Source: Candidatus Levyibacteriota bacterium (lineage in GTDB: Bacteria; Patescibacteriota; Microgenomatia; Levybacterales; UBA12049). From it: 64,000 nt of DNA. The position numbers and the translations under genes are program-made. Of the stretch, positions 1-8,713 are shown one piece after another. Below the pieces are notes generated by a model. It searched no databases and had not been told where the DNA came from. It worked only from the letters and a program-made list of their open reading frames with translations. The DNA lies in contig CAWBPM010000002.1 in assembly GCA_963790825.1 (NCBI GenBank), positions 551,159-615,158 on the forward strand. Reading direction: 5' to 3'. How positions within the stretch are numbered: position 1 is the first letter of the stretch; the number at the start of each line of letters is the position of its first letter.

Positions 1-918
1 CTCTACAAGGTAAGCATAACAACCGGCGAGCTTCTCTGGTCGAAATCCTACGACGCCATCGATTTCCTCTACGCTGCCGATAATAAGAATGCATATCTCA
101 TGGTTGACGAAGGTAGTAACCAAAATCTAGTAGCTATTGACGGATCTTCAGGAAATGAGAAATGGAAAATAGATATTTCAGCCTATAAATTGACCGGGTA
201 TGCTGTAACCAACTCCAGCACATTATTTATTCAAGACCAAGGCAAACAAATTTATGCCTACGACAAAAGCACAGGAAATCTACGCTGGACGTACCCGACA
301 AATTCATTTCTAATTTCAGAATCCTTTTTCGCCAATGACTCTATCCTCTACCTCGGCATTGAGCAAACTGACCAAGACCCAACCGAGCAAATGCAAATTG
401 ATGCGCTAAGTACTAAGACAGGGACACTACTTTGGCAAAAAAGCAGTTTCGCAGAAGGTACCATTGATACGAACTCGTTTGTCGTATCAGCCAAAAAAAT
501 ATATTATCCAAGCGGTAATGATTTCGACATAGCCAATGCATATACCGGACAAGTAACGCAAGTCGCTTCCCTCCACGCAAAAGCCCTAGCCCCCATCTTA
601 TCTGATAACGGCAAAGTCGTTTATTTTACTGCCGGAAATTATCTATACGCCCTTTCAACGACTGACAATATCATTCTTTGGAAAACCTCATCCGCAGCAG
701 AAAGCCTGCAACTGGCAACCGATACTTCAATCGTGTCCACAGTATTTCATTCCACCTGCTTCATGTGTATCGATACGGCTGCTGATTATATACAAATTTC
801 AGATGCAGGAAGTGGCAAATTAGTCTACCAGGGACAAAGCCCGGTAGAAGGAATCATACACGATGACAAAGACTCATTTTACTTCACTCAAAACGGTCAG
901 TTTTTCGTCAGTAAATAA
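1..918 (+). CDS. PQQ-like beta-propeller repeat protein (5' end outside window)
   Basis: Reading frame is open from base 1. Repeated motifs of the form YAxDxxTGxxxW (e.g. YAYDKSTGNLRWTY, LSTKTGTLLWQK) are typical of PQQ/BamB-like propellers. Paralogous to 29995..31227. Confidence 0.6.
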   Translation, partial: LYKVSITTGELLWSKSYDAIDFLYAADNKNAYLMVDEGSNQNLVAIDGSSGNEKWKIDISAYKLTGYAVTNSSTLFIQDQGKQIYAYDKSTGNLRWTYPTNSFLISESFFANDSILYLGIEQTDQDPTEQMQIDALSTKTGTLLWQKSSFAEGTIDTNSFVVSAKKIYYPSGNDFDIANAYTGQVTQVASLHAKALAPILSDNGKVVYFTAGNYLYALSTTDNIILWKTSSAAESLQLATDTSIVSTVFHSTCFMCIDTAADYIQISDAGSGKLVYQGQSPVEGIIHDDKDSFYFTQNGQFFVSK

Positions 919-930
919 TAACTACATGGA

Positions 931-1218
931 TTAGTTCTTCTTTCCCTTCTCCCCTGTCTGGATTTGACCTTCAGACATTGCCAAGAGTCTTCCGAATTCC
1001 GCAAGCAATTTTTTCGCGTGAACTCTGCTCATCCCGATCCTAGCCACGATTCGCAATTGGTTAAAAGGATAGAGTACTTGTCCGACGTTGAGAACGATTC
1101 CGTCCTCGTTGGTAGTCATTTGAATATTATCGGTATACAGAATTGGTGTCGTGTCCAGATTGACACTCACTCCTATCCCCTGTTGTTTTGCTTCTTCTTT
1201 ATTTTCATCCGCCATCAC
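931..1218 (-). CDS. small DUF3467-like protein
   Basis: 95 aa. The pattern ...VNLDTTPILYTDNIQMTTNEDGIVLNVGQ...RVHAKKLLAEF resembles the DUF3467 family. Domain assigned from memory, not searched. Confidence 0.5.
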   Translation of the reverse strand: MMADENKEEAKQQGIGVSVNLDTTPILYTDNIQMTTNEDGIVLNVGQVLYPFNQLRIVARIGMSRVHAKKLLAEFGRLLAMSEGQIQTGEKGKKN

Positions 1219-1309
1219 ATTTCACCCCCTCCTTGTATAAAAATCAAAAATACACAAACCATTATAACGGTTTAGTGTGTGGAATAGTTTGAATAGATGG
1301 AAAAGACCG

Positions 1310-1388
1310 GTCATTCTGGAGCGAAGCGATAGAATCTCTTCGTCATTCCCGCGCAGGCGGGAATCCAGAATCCGTCGGGATAAGGAAG
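1310..1388. repeat. palindromic MITE/REP-like element, copy A (GTCATTC-type)
   Basis: gtcattctggagcgaagcgatagaatc, then gtcattcccgcgcaggcgggaatccagaatc. The second module is a hairpin (attcccgcgc/gcgggaat). The first module is identical to 61173-61199. The second module is 1 nt different from the element inside cysS (62750-62817, minus strand). Confidence 0.6.
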
Positions 1389-1748
1389 TTATTTATTTTC
1401 TGGAGATGAATTTTGTCGGTCTGATTCTCGCTGTGGTCTGGCCCATAATTCCCAATCTCCATAAGGATTATGCATTCTGGAAACAACCATACCGGCTTCT
1501 GTTAATGCTGCTTCCTTTGCATTCATTGCGTCATATTGATGCATATAAGCTGCCTCGGAAGCAGGGAGTATAAACCATATACCTCCGCCACTCGCCCTTA
1601 AAGTTGCCACATCGGCTCTATATTGCGCTTCAAACCTTTCTCGAGATCCTATTACAAAAGGATCTCCAGGTAAATACTCTTTACTCATATCGCGATTATA
1701 GTACATCTTATAATAGTAGTCAGACAACCCTCCCCGCAACAATTTCAC
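1389..1748 (-). CDS. hypothetical protein (start uncertain: GTG at 1748, ATG at 1706 or 1688)
   Basis: 119-aa ORF with no recognised domain. The C-terminal residues overlap the edge of element A. Confidence 0.45.
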   Translation of the reverse strand: MKLLRGGLSDYYYKMYYNRDMSKEYLPGDPFVIGSRERFEAQYRADVATLRASGGGIWFILPASEAAYMHQYDAMNAKEAALTEAGMVVSRMHNPYGDWELWARPQRESDRQNSSPENK

Positions 1749-2056
1749 ACAAATTAGTTTTTCTTCCCCTTTTTATTTTCTCTTTGTAGTATATTCGTAT
1801 AACGCCGCCGGACGGGATTTGCACCCGCTCCTTCCCTGTTTCCCAGGGGTTTATTTTTAGTTCCCGCCCTGAACGCAGCAGCGTAAAAAAATGCTGGAGC
1901 GAACTATCAGGGGGAATCCGACGAATTGCCGGAGGGGGTGATATAACCCGATCAGTTCGCGAAAGCATTTTAGCTGACCGTTCACTGGCAAGAGAGCTTT
2001 GGTACTTTCTCTCCGGAAAGTACAAGAAAGAAAATAGTAAAAAACTTGAGGTATTT

Positions 2057-2133
2057 ATTTTTTACGCGGGGTAGCATTTTAGTTCTAAATATCGGCTGGT
2101 TTCTTTTTTAGCTAAAGTTCTGCCCAGAATTCT
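2057..2133 (-). repeat. duplicated 3'-terminal fragment of gene 8217..8621 (non-coding remnant)
   Basis: About 78 bp, roughly 88% identical to 8211-8288. In the same frame it would encode ...RILGRTLAKKETSRYLELKCYPA*, versus ...RILDRTLVKKETSRYLELKSYPA* in the intact gene. There is no start codon and a TGA lies just upstream. Confidence 0.6.
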
Positions 2134-2145
2134 AAGATTTACTTC

Positions 2146-2316
2146 TACATCTTCAACATTTCAAATACTTTATAGATTAAGAGTGCCGGCCAGACAATCG
2201 CTTTTAAAATGCCAAATGCTCCTATCCAAAATGTCGTTGCGTGCTGGATAAAATATACAGCTGCACCAATCAAACCCAGACCATATACCGCACCCCCTGC
2301 ACCATTATTCTTCACG
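2146..2316 (-). CDS. small membrane protein (GTG start)
   Basis: 56 aa (VKNNGAGGAVYGLGLIGAAVYFIQHATTFWIGAFGILKAIVWPALLIYKVFEMLKM). The sequence is hydrophobic. A GGAGGAGGT Shine-Dalgarno motif lies 6 nt upstream. Confidence 0.35.
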
Positions 2317-2473
2317 TAAGTTACCTCCTCCTAACCATTTTTATTATAAATGTAACAGAAATGCAATGACAAGAATTACTTGGACACAAATCAAGTTGGC
2401 TATGTGAGTATATTGAAGAACTCAGCTTGATATTCATAAAATTTATAGTTATACTTTTAATTGAAACTCATCC

Positions 2474-3040
2474 ATGAAAACTAAAGTAAAGATAGCTGTT
2501 CCCCCAGGAAAACCTCCCCACAGGTCTCTCGTTCTATATGACATGATTTTACCCATGTTATTTTTTGAAGTTTTCTATGTATTCTTGGCGTTTATACCAA
2601 TAGTAATAATAGAAACTGCCATTATCTCATTCGTTCTGAAAGAAAAGTTTACTAAACTCGTTTTAGTAGTTGCCCTCGCAAACTTTATCACGACAATAGT
2701 GGGTTATGTAGTACAAGGATTTGCACGCTTTTCACTTCTGGCAATTCCAGGATATTATTCTCCAGATAATCCTATTCTCCAGGGTATTTCTGGGAACGTG
2801 GGTGCTAATTATTACGAGTATAAAAAGGGCTTACCGCTTGAGGTGATGGTTGAGTTTATTACCAGCTTCGTTATATGCTTTTTCCTTTCGGTTTATGTTG
2901 AAAATATAATTGTACGAAAATTCATTCAAGATCCGCAAAAAAAGAAAAAGGTATATTCAGCTGTGTTTTTGGCGAATTTGGCTTCTTATGCTTTATTGTT
3001 TGTTTGGTTAATCTGGAATTATCTTAGTTTTCAAAAATAG
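2474..3040 (+). CDS. polytopic membrane protein, hypothetical
   Basis: 188 aa with several hydrophobic helices. No conserved motif recognised. Confidence 0.5.
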   Translation: MKTKVKIAVPPGKPPHRSLVLYDMILPMLFFEVFYVFLAFIPIVIIETAIISFVLKEKFTKLVLVVALANFITTIVGYVVQGFARFSLLAIPGYYSPDNPILQGISGNVGANYYEYKKGLPLEVMVEFITSFVICFFLSVYVENIIVRKFIQDPQKKKKVYSAVFLANLASYALLFVWLIWNYLSFQK

Positions 3041-3165
3041 TCTCCATACAGATCTGGATTGAGAAATTCAAAGCGTTAAGTTATTTTCTAATCTCGATTT
3101 CGTTCCTTCGCGCAATACTGCTACCTTCGAGATGTACCAGATCTGCTACCGGATTTTCTAATGAG

Positions 3166-3372
3166 TTAGGTAGTTTGTATGGAGAATGTTGTTTTTTGCG
3201 GATCAAATGCTGTTATGTTTTTCTTCACATCTAATATCTCAATCCCTAAAACTTTTCTATTTTTATCTTCATCCACTAAAATGACATCAGAAATTTTACG
3301 CGTATCATCATATTTACCTGTTGCCAACTTGATATACATTGTATCAACCTTGGAATCATATCGTATTTTCAT
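3166..3372 (-). CDS. DUF2283-family small protein
   Basis: 68 aa. MKIRYDSKVDTMYIKL...ILGIEILD matches the DUF2283 pattern (MKITYDxExDxLYI). Confidence 0.55.
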   Translation of the reverse strand: MKIRYDSKVDTMYIKLATGKYDDTRKISDVILVDEDKNRKVLGIEILDVKKNITAFDPQKTTFSIQTT

Positions 3373-3431
3373 ATTATTTTTTCTTAAATTCTGATGAAAT
3401 TATAGCACAGATTTTAGATTTACGGTTTTTT

Positions 3432-3773
3432 CTAAAGAGGAATTGCGTCACCATCCTTCCAGCATGTCTTGTTCGTCATAACCCGATGTGTATTCGGATT
3501 AACTTGCAAAGGCCCTGCCTGCACGCATGAATAATTCGCGGGACAATCACTCGTAACTTGACAACTTACTGTTCCATCACGAGTAGAAGGAGCTGCGGGA
3601 AGCGGCGTTATGCTATAAGGAATATTATTAGTTTGCTGCATTTCGGTCATATCAATTGTTTGCTGATAATGCATGCCGATAAAAAAAGCACAGACCGGAA
3701 ATATAATAAACATTGAGAGCGCGAGAGTTTTCGAAACCGCAGTAACAGTTGTGAGTTCTTTTGGCAATTTCAT
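3432..3773 (-). CDS. secreted or membrane-anchored cysteine-containing small protein
   Basis: N-terminal hydrophobic anchor. Cys-rich C-terminal half (CQVTSDCPANYSC...). Confidence 0.5.
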   Translation of the reverse strand: MKLPKELTTVTAVSKTLALSMFIIFPVCAFFIGMHYQQTIDMTEMQQTNNIPYSITPLPAAPSTRDGTVSCQVTSDCPANYSCVQAGPLQVNPNTHRVMTNKTCWKDGDAIPL

Positions 3774-3866
3774 ATCTTTAGTATTTCAAAAAGAAGAATT
3801 ATTTGCAACTTAAACAAATTCCTACTCTTATATTCTTGAGAATATTAGAATATATGTACGGATTTT

Positions 3867-3962
3867 GGACTTATTATTTTTTCATTTCCTGCAAATAGAT
3901 ATGTGCTCCTTTTTGTTGTAAACGCTCGTTTTTCCCGAGGACTTCTTCTTGTAAACTCTGCC
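3867..3962 (-). pseudogene. duplicated 3'-terminal fragment of purE (about 96 bp, roughly 83% identical to 6080-6175)
   Basis: Direct sequence match to the purE 3' end including its stop. It would encode ...LQEEVLGKNERLQQKGAHIYLQEMKK*. There is no upstream ORF continuation. Confidence 0.65.
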
Positions 3963-4149
3963 GGATGGCGGGCGGGGTCTGTGCTCTCTCTCCTCCCCGT
4001 GCGGATTTTCTTTTTAGATTTATGAGGTACTGTTCAAAAGTTCTGGGATCAATATAATAAAGAACTCTGAAGTTTAGAAACTGGGATTTGAATCGTAGAA
4101 GTTTTGTCTGGATTCGTTTCTTTTTTCTGCAAGCTTTTTTATTCCTCGA

Positions 4150-4539
4150 TCATACCCTAACCACAAAAGTGCTCCTCCCATATATGCGACAAAAATCCCA
4201 AACATCAAATGTACCCGGCATAATATGATACTGCTGCATAACTTCCCAAACGCCGTTCGCCCACAGTTGCATGGCCATCGGCAGTATAACATGAGACTCT
4301 TTAGAAACGATTCGTCCGTAAAGCGCTGTTTGCGCAGCACTACCGACTAAATCTGCTGAATGACCAGTCATAAAGTTAGTAGGAATCGAGGTACTATGAT
4401 CTATATTCATGCCTACCAGCACACCAAGCGTTCCCAAAGTTGCCACAGTCAGAAAACTTCTCGCTGGACTATCGTTGTGTGCATCTATAGCCTCTGTCGT
4501 GCGTACTACTATTTCATTAAGCTTATTAAGAGTTTCCAT
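4150..4539 (-). CDS. hypothetical membrane protein (possible frameshift with 4074..4340)
   Basis: 129-aa ORF. The overlapping 88-aa ORF in another frame continues with a transmembrane segment (FVAYMGGALLWLGY). Confidence 0.4.
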   Translation of the reverse strand: METLNKLNEIVVRTTEAIDAHNDSPARSFLTVATLGTLGVLVGMNIDHSTSIPTNFMTGHSADLVGSAAQTALYGRIVSKESHVILPMAMQLWANGVWEVMQQYHIMPGTFDVWDFCRIYGRSTFVVRV

Positions 4540-4741
4540 AAAATTATTATAATACTATAAGGTATTAGAGTCAAATCAAGAAGATAATGGTAATACGGGC
4601 CTAAAACTAGCAAAATATCACTACTCTGTGCTTAAATTTCCCTTCCCCCTATACGGTTACCGCCGATCGCCGGGTGATTTGGCTCTAAGAAAAAAACAAT
4701 AGAGGGTATGCAACTTTTAATGATACCTGCCGACGCCGGAA

Positions 4742-5428
4742 TTAACGCATCTTAAAAGATACGTTTTCAGGATGGATTTCTTTCGCATTCATGAGACTTT
4801 TTAAAATCCAGACAGCAGTTTCCAAACTAGCTATTTGGTCTCTTTCTAGCATACTCATAAGTACACTTTCAGGTTTCCTATTGTCATAAAATGCCCCCTC
4901 GTAACCACTTGACCATGAAAGCATATCAACATTAAGATGTCCACTTTCAGTAAAAGATCTCACTTCTCCTGTTCCAAAACCTGATTTTAGAACAGGACAG
5001 TAAACAGTCATTCCTATACCGGGGAGATCAGCCGTTCTAGTGCAGTCCGATGTGAATTCGCCGATAAAACTTGATCCTTTTGGAGGATAGACCTCCCAGA
5101 CGTGACTTGGAGGAGAATATTCGCCATCATCGAAGTCTTCCTCCATAAAATTATGATTTACGTGAAGTTCCGATGTTCCTTTTGCAAGCCGGGAAAGTTG
5201 GTCGGAAACACTGCGACCTTTTAAAGTAATCGATTGGTCATCAAATTGCGGCGTAATAACATGCCAAGTTCTAAATTTTTGTGCTGGAAAAACAACTGAA
5301 AGAATTTCTGACGTTTTTTCTAGTTCGGTAGCTAATTGTATCTGTTTTACGATGTTATCTGGTAATCGAGGTTCCCCTTCCGACATACCAGCATTATACA
5401 AATCCCTACCGTTTCTTTCCAATATCAA
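4742..5428 (-). CDS. hypothetical protein
   Basis: 228-aa ORF. No motif recognised. Confidence 0.5.
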   Translation of the reverse strand: MILERNGRDLYNAGMSEGEPRLPDNIVKQIQLATELEKTSEILSVVFPAQKFRTWHVITPQFDDQSITLKGRSVSDQLSRLAKGTSELHVNHNFMEEDFDDGEYSPPSHVWEVYPPKGSSFIGEFTSDCTRTADLPGIGMTVYCPVLKSGFGTGEVRSFTESGHLNVDMLSWSSGYEGAFYDNRKPESVLMSMLERDQIASLETAVWILKSLMNAKEIHPENVSFKMR

Positions 5429-5691
5429 AATAATCCTTAGTTCCCATACTTAATTTTTCTTGCTCCGATTATAGTACGGATTTATTTTAAAATTTATTTT
5501 ATACTAATTATTCTAGTTTCTCATCATATTTGAAATTGAAAGCAAACGCCGCACAGTACTAATTACCAATAACCATCAACCAATAACTAATAACTATTTC
5601 TGTGAGTACAAAATCAAAGTACGTATAAAAATTGCTCGTGGAACGTACAGTAATTGACATCTGTTTATAGCTCTGCAATACTAAGCATAAG

Positions 5692-6003
5692 ATGAGAATT
5701 GCCAAGCTGGTACTCTTAAGTCTCTTTACTTTTTTGCTATTTGTCACTTCGTTTTTTTTCGTCTCTATCCGTTTATATTCAATATTTGAAAATGCTATCC
5801 TGCATTCTTACCGTACTTATTTATTTCTATACTACTTGGTAAGCTTTTTAATAAGCATCATATTGCCACTGTCTTTTTTGGTATCATTGTATATATTCCG
5901 GAAGAACAAAGACTTCGTAAATGCTCTCTATATAGTTGCAGCGATTATTATCATTTTCTTTTTCATTTGTCTTTTACTGAATTCATTACTAAGTGGAATG
6001 TAG
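5692..6003 (+). CDS. hypothetical small membrane protein
   Basis: Highly hydrophobic and AT-rich. May be spurious. Confidence 0.3.
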   Translation: MRIAKLVLLSLFTFLLFVTSFFFVSIRLYSIFENAILHSYRTYLFLYYLVSFLISIILPLSFLVSLYIFRKNKDFVNALYIVAAIIIIFFFICLLLNSLLSGM

Positions 6004-6086
6004 TACCTCGATAGTATAATCTATTGTTTAACCACCCAGAAAATAAAATTCAAATAAAACTTGTAAGATTGGTATTTGTGGACTTG

Positions 6087-6653
6087 TTATTTTTTCATTT
6101 CCTGCAAATAGATATGTGCGCCTTTTTGCTGTAAGCGTTCGTTTTTCGCAAGGACTTCATCGCGTAAATTCTGCCTGTATTGTCCGAGTCTCTGAAACAA
6201 TTCCGGATCTTCTCCTGCCAAAATTTGGGCCGCAAAAAGTCCCGCGTTCTTCGCTCCGTTAATTGCCATAACTGCGACGGGAACACCGGGAGGCATTTGC
6301 ACTTCCGAAAGTAATGAATCCAATCCGTCCAAACGTTTGCCTTGTACCGGAATGCCGATTACCGGCACGAGCGTTTCAGCCGCTGTTACTCCCGGCAGAT
6401 GAGCCGCTCCCCCTGCTCCCGCAATAATAACTTTCAAGCCTCTTTCTTTTGCAGTTTTTGCATATTCGATCATCGCGTCCGGTGTCCGGTGAGCAGAAAG
6501 GATATCCAGAGAATACGGCACACCAAGTTTTTCCAGTACATCCACCGCTTCAATCATTACCCCAAGGTCCGAATCTGACCCCATGATAATACCGACCTTC
6601 GGTTTCTCCCGTGGTTCCTGTTCAACAGCAATTTTTTCTTTTTCATTTAGCAT
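6087..6653 (-). CDS. purE: N5-carboxyaminoimidazole ribonucleotide mutase (PurE)
   Basis: VGIIMGSDSDLGVM...LSAHRTPD...VIIAGAGGAAHLPGV are the classic PurE motifs. Confidence 0.9.
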   Translation of the reverse strand: MLNEKEKIAVEQEPREKPKVGIIMGSDSDLGVMIEAVDVLEKLGVPYSLDILSAHRTPDAMIEYAKTAKERGLKVIIAGAGGAAHLPGVTAAETLVPVIGIPVQGKRLDGLDSLLSEVQMPPGVPVAVMAINGAKNAGLFAAQILAGEDPELFQRLGQYRQNLRDEVLAKNERLQQKGAHIYLQEMKK

Positions 6654-6705
6654 ATTTCTACCTCGGATGTTATTCAGGGTAGATTATAGCAATACGTGTA
6701 AAGAA

Positions 6706-7419
6706 ATGAAACCAGATCAAGAGGTCAAGGTGTTACCTGCAAATCACACCATCAATAAAAAAGCCTATTTTCTTATTGTTGTGGTGATATTGATTGTAAT
6801 TGGCGTTGGGAGTTATTATCTCTCTCAAAAAAGATCTTCTAGTCCAGCTGTTATTGCTCGACAAACACCAAACGTCGTACAATCCCCAACTCTCACCTCT
6901 GACCCAACAACAAGCTGGAATATCTATACAAATAAATTATTAGGATTTCACTTTAAATATCCTCCTTCATGGGCAAAAGACGATCTATCTAAAGCAATAG
7001 ACGTAGATTTCAGAAATGGTAGTAAGGGATATGTTTGCGTTAAGCATCCGGAAGGTCTTCCCTATGACTGTCAGATAATGATGTATTTACAAAAGAACAG
7101 CATTGAGCAAGTCATAAAAACTGAACCTAAAAATATGGGATTAACAGAAGTTGACGGAGATTTTGGAGGCGGCCGGTTTTATCCGGCAACTACAGAGATA
7201 TTCCCCATCATTATTGACGGGAAAAAAGGTTATAAAATAAAAGGGACTCTCCACCTCCCCAATGGGAAATTTTCATCCGGTAAACCCATTTATCAAGACC
7301 ATATTAGCTACAATATCCTTATCCCCTTAAATGGTAATACCTTGGATTTTACAGGTGTTACAAACGACACCGAAATAAATCAAATCCTCTCTACTTTCAA
7401 ATTCACTTCTCCATTTTGA
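6706..7419 (+). CDS. secreted or membrane-anchored hypothetical protein
   Basis: Start trimmed to the ATG after the purE overlap. N-terminal transmembrane anchor (FLIVVVILIVIGVGSYYL). Confidence 0.5.
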   Translation: MKPDQEVKVLPANHTINKKAYFLIVVVILIVIGVGSYYLSQKRSSSPAVIARQTPNVVQSPTLTSDPTTSWNIYTNKLLGFHFKYPPSWAKDDLSKAIDVDFRNGSKGYVCVKHPEGLPYDCQIMMYLQKNSIEQVIKTEPKNMGLTEVDGDFGGGRFYPATTEIFPIIIDGKKGYKIKGTLHLPNGKFSSGKPIYQDHISYNILIPLNGNTLDFTGVTNDTEINQILSTFKFTSPF

Positions 7420-8141
7420 TAACTCAACTCCCTGGATATATAATAAGACTCTTAACTTCAATACATATGCTGGAGAAATACAGCAACGGGATACATGCGA
7501 ATGTCTATAAACTTAGTGAAAGATCCGATAAGTGGGCTTATCCATTTGCGGATTTAGCACGAGTGGACAGGACATATGACAGAAGCTACTCAGCCAGACT
7601 ATATTATGAACATAAAATTGCCTCTCTTTTGTTCCCGGGTCATTTTATCGATGTTGTAGCGACAAAAGTCGTCCCGCATGGTGAGCCTTTTTTTACAGAT
7701 CTAAGAATTGGTAAAACAGTTCTTAAAATACCCGGAGAGAGAACATATACGCTTTTTAGTAAGCAAGCAGATGTTCCAGAGAGACATGCTGTTTATTCTT
7801 CGCATATGATTGTAGACCATGATGACGGCGAGCGATTGGTAAAAGAGTCTGTCTGTACATGCAGTCAATGTGACCAGCACAGAAAATTTCATTATTCTCA
7901 CGTATTAAAAGATTTAGCCGAAGCATTTGCTAAGCAAACGGATAAAGCAGGAATAAAGATTCCTTCTTCTGATCCGAGCGATTATTGTCTCGGTAGAAGC
8001 GGAATTATATTTTTTGAAATTGATAACCTTGATACGAAGAAATTAAGAGAATTTCTTGCTGTTACAAATAATAAAGACATGGAAGAAAAAGCTATTCACT
8101 ATCTTAAGAGATATGAAGAAGTGTCTGCCGCTTCCGCATAG
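7416..8141 (+). CDS. hypothetical protein (4-bp overlap with upstream gene)
   Basis: 241-aa ORF with a CxCxxC...H cluster. No family recognised. Confidence 0.5.
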   Translation: MITQLPGYIIRLLTSIHMLEKYSNGIHANVYKLSERSDKWAYPFADLARVDRTYDRSYSARLYYEHKIASLLFPGHFIDVVATKVVPHGEPFFTDLRIGKTVLKIPGERTYTLFSKQADVPERHAVYSSHMIVDHDDGERLVKESVCTCSQCDQHRKFHYSHVLKDLAEAFAKQTDKAGIKIPSSDPSDYCLGRSGIIFFEIDNLDTKKLREFLAVTNNKDMEEKAIHYLKRYEEVSAASA

Positions 8142-8216
8142 TTGCCACCTTCTAATGAAATAGAACCGCCGTCTTTCGCACCGGATCATTTTTCCCGTGA
8201 AGAATCAATTATTTTT

Positions 8217-8621
8217 TTACGCGGGGTAGGATTTTAATTCTAAATATCGGCTGGTTTCTTTTTTGACTAAAGTTCTATCCAGAATCCTACGAGCTGAATC
8301 AACTACTTGCATATTATCTCGGTGGTTTCTCACCCAAATATTGTCAAATTGGGTTTCTTTCCGAGCAAACTTTCTCGCCTGAACCGGATCCTGATCTTTA
8401 CCAATACCAGCCGCAACCTCCGTAGCAAGCTCGAAAGTTGCTCTCGCAATTATTCTATTTCTAATTGTATTTTCTGCGCGTTCTCCAGCTAAATACGGGA
8501 TAATTCTCTCCAGTAACGAAGGTTCTTCCCCATGGTCTTTATACACTGCTTGACTTGCATTTTCGCCTTTAAAAAATGGTACGACTCTATTTAATACTTG
8601 CGGAAACTCAACTTTTGACAT
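8217..8621 (-). CDS. hypothetical protein; its 3' end is the source or partner of repeat 2057-2133
   Basis: 134-aa ORF. The last 24 codons lie within the 78-bp repeat. Confidence 0.5.
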   Translation of the reverse strand: MSKVEFPQVLNRVVPFFKGENASQAVYKDHGEEPSLLERIIPYLAGERAENTIRNRIIARATFELATEVAAGIGKDQDPVQARKFARKETQFDNIWVRNHRDNMQVVDSARRILDRTLVKKETSRYLELKSYPA

Positions 8622-8713
8622 TATCCTAATTTACTAGATTAATATGTTAAATGTCAAGTGTTTTAATTGAATAAAAATTAATAAAAATGTATTATATTTG
8701 AACTTTCTTGTTC

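Noticed and set aside
1277-1573. 98-aa plus-strand ORF (SFPRRRESR...)
   Set aside because: It is a translation of repeat copy A. It overlaps the convergent gene 1389-1748 antisense.
1805-1835. tRNA- or tmRNA-like 3' end on the minus strand (CGGG-TGCAAAT-CCCG hairpin followed by a GC-rich acceptor-like strand)
   Set aside because: The loop is TGCAAAT rather than the conserved T-Psi-C (TTCRANY). No complementary 5' acceptor strand was found within 400 nt and no D-arm could be assembled. It is kept only as part of the candidate structured RNA region.
1720-2025. 101-aa ORF on the minus strand
   Set aside because: It overlaps the highly structured non-coding region. It has no ribosome-binding site and a Gly/Arg/Pro-rich low-complexity translation. 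Likely spurious.
6583-6705. N-terminal extension of ORF 6583..7419
   Set aside because: It overlaps the purE coding region on the opposite strand. The start was moved to ATG 6706, just before the transmembrane anchor.
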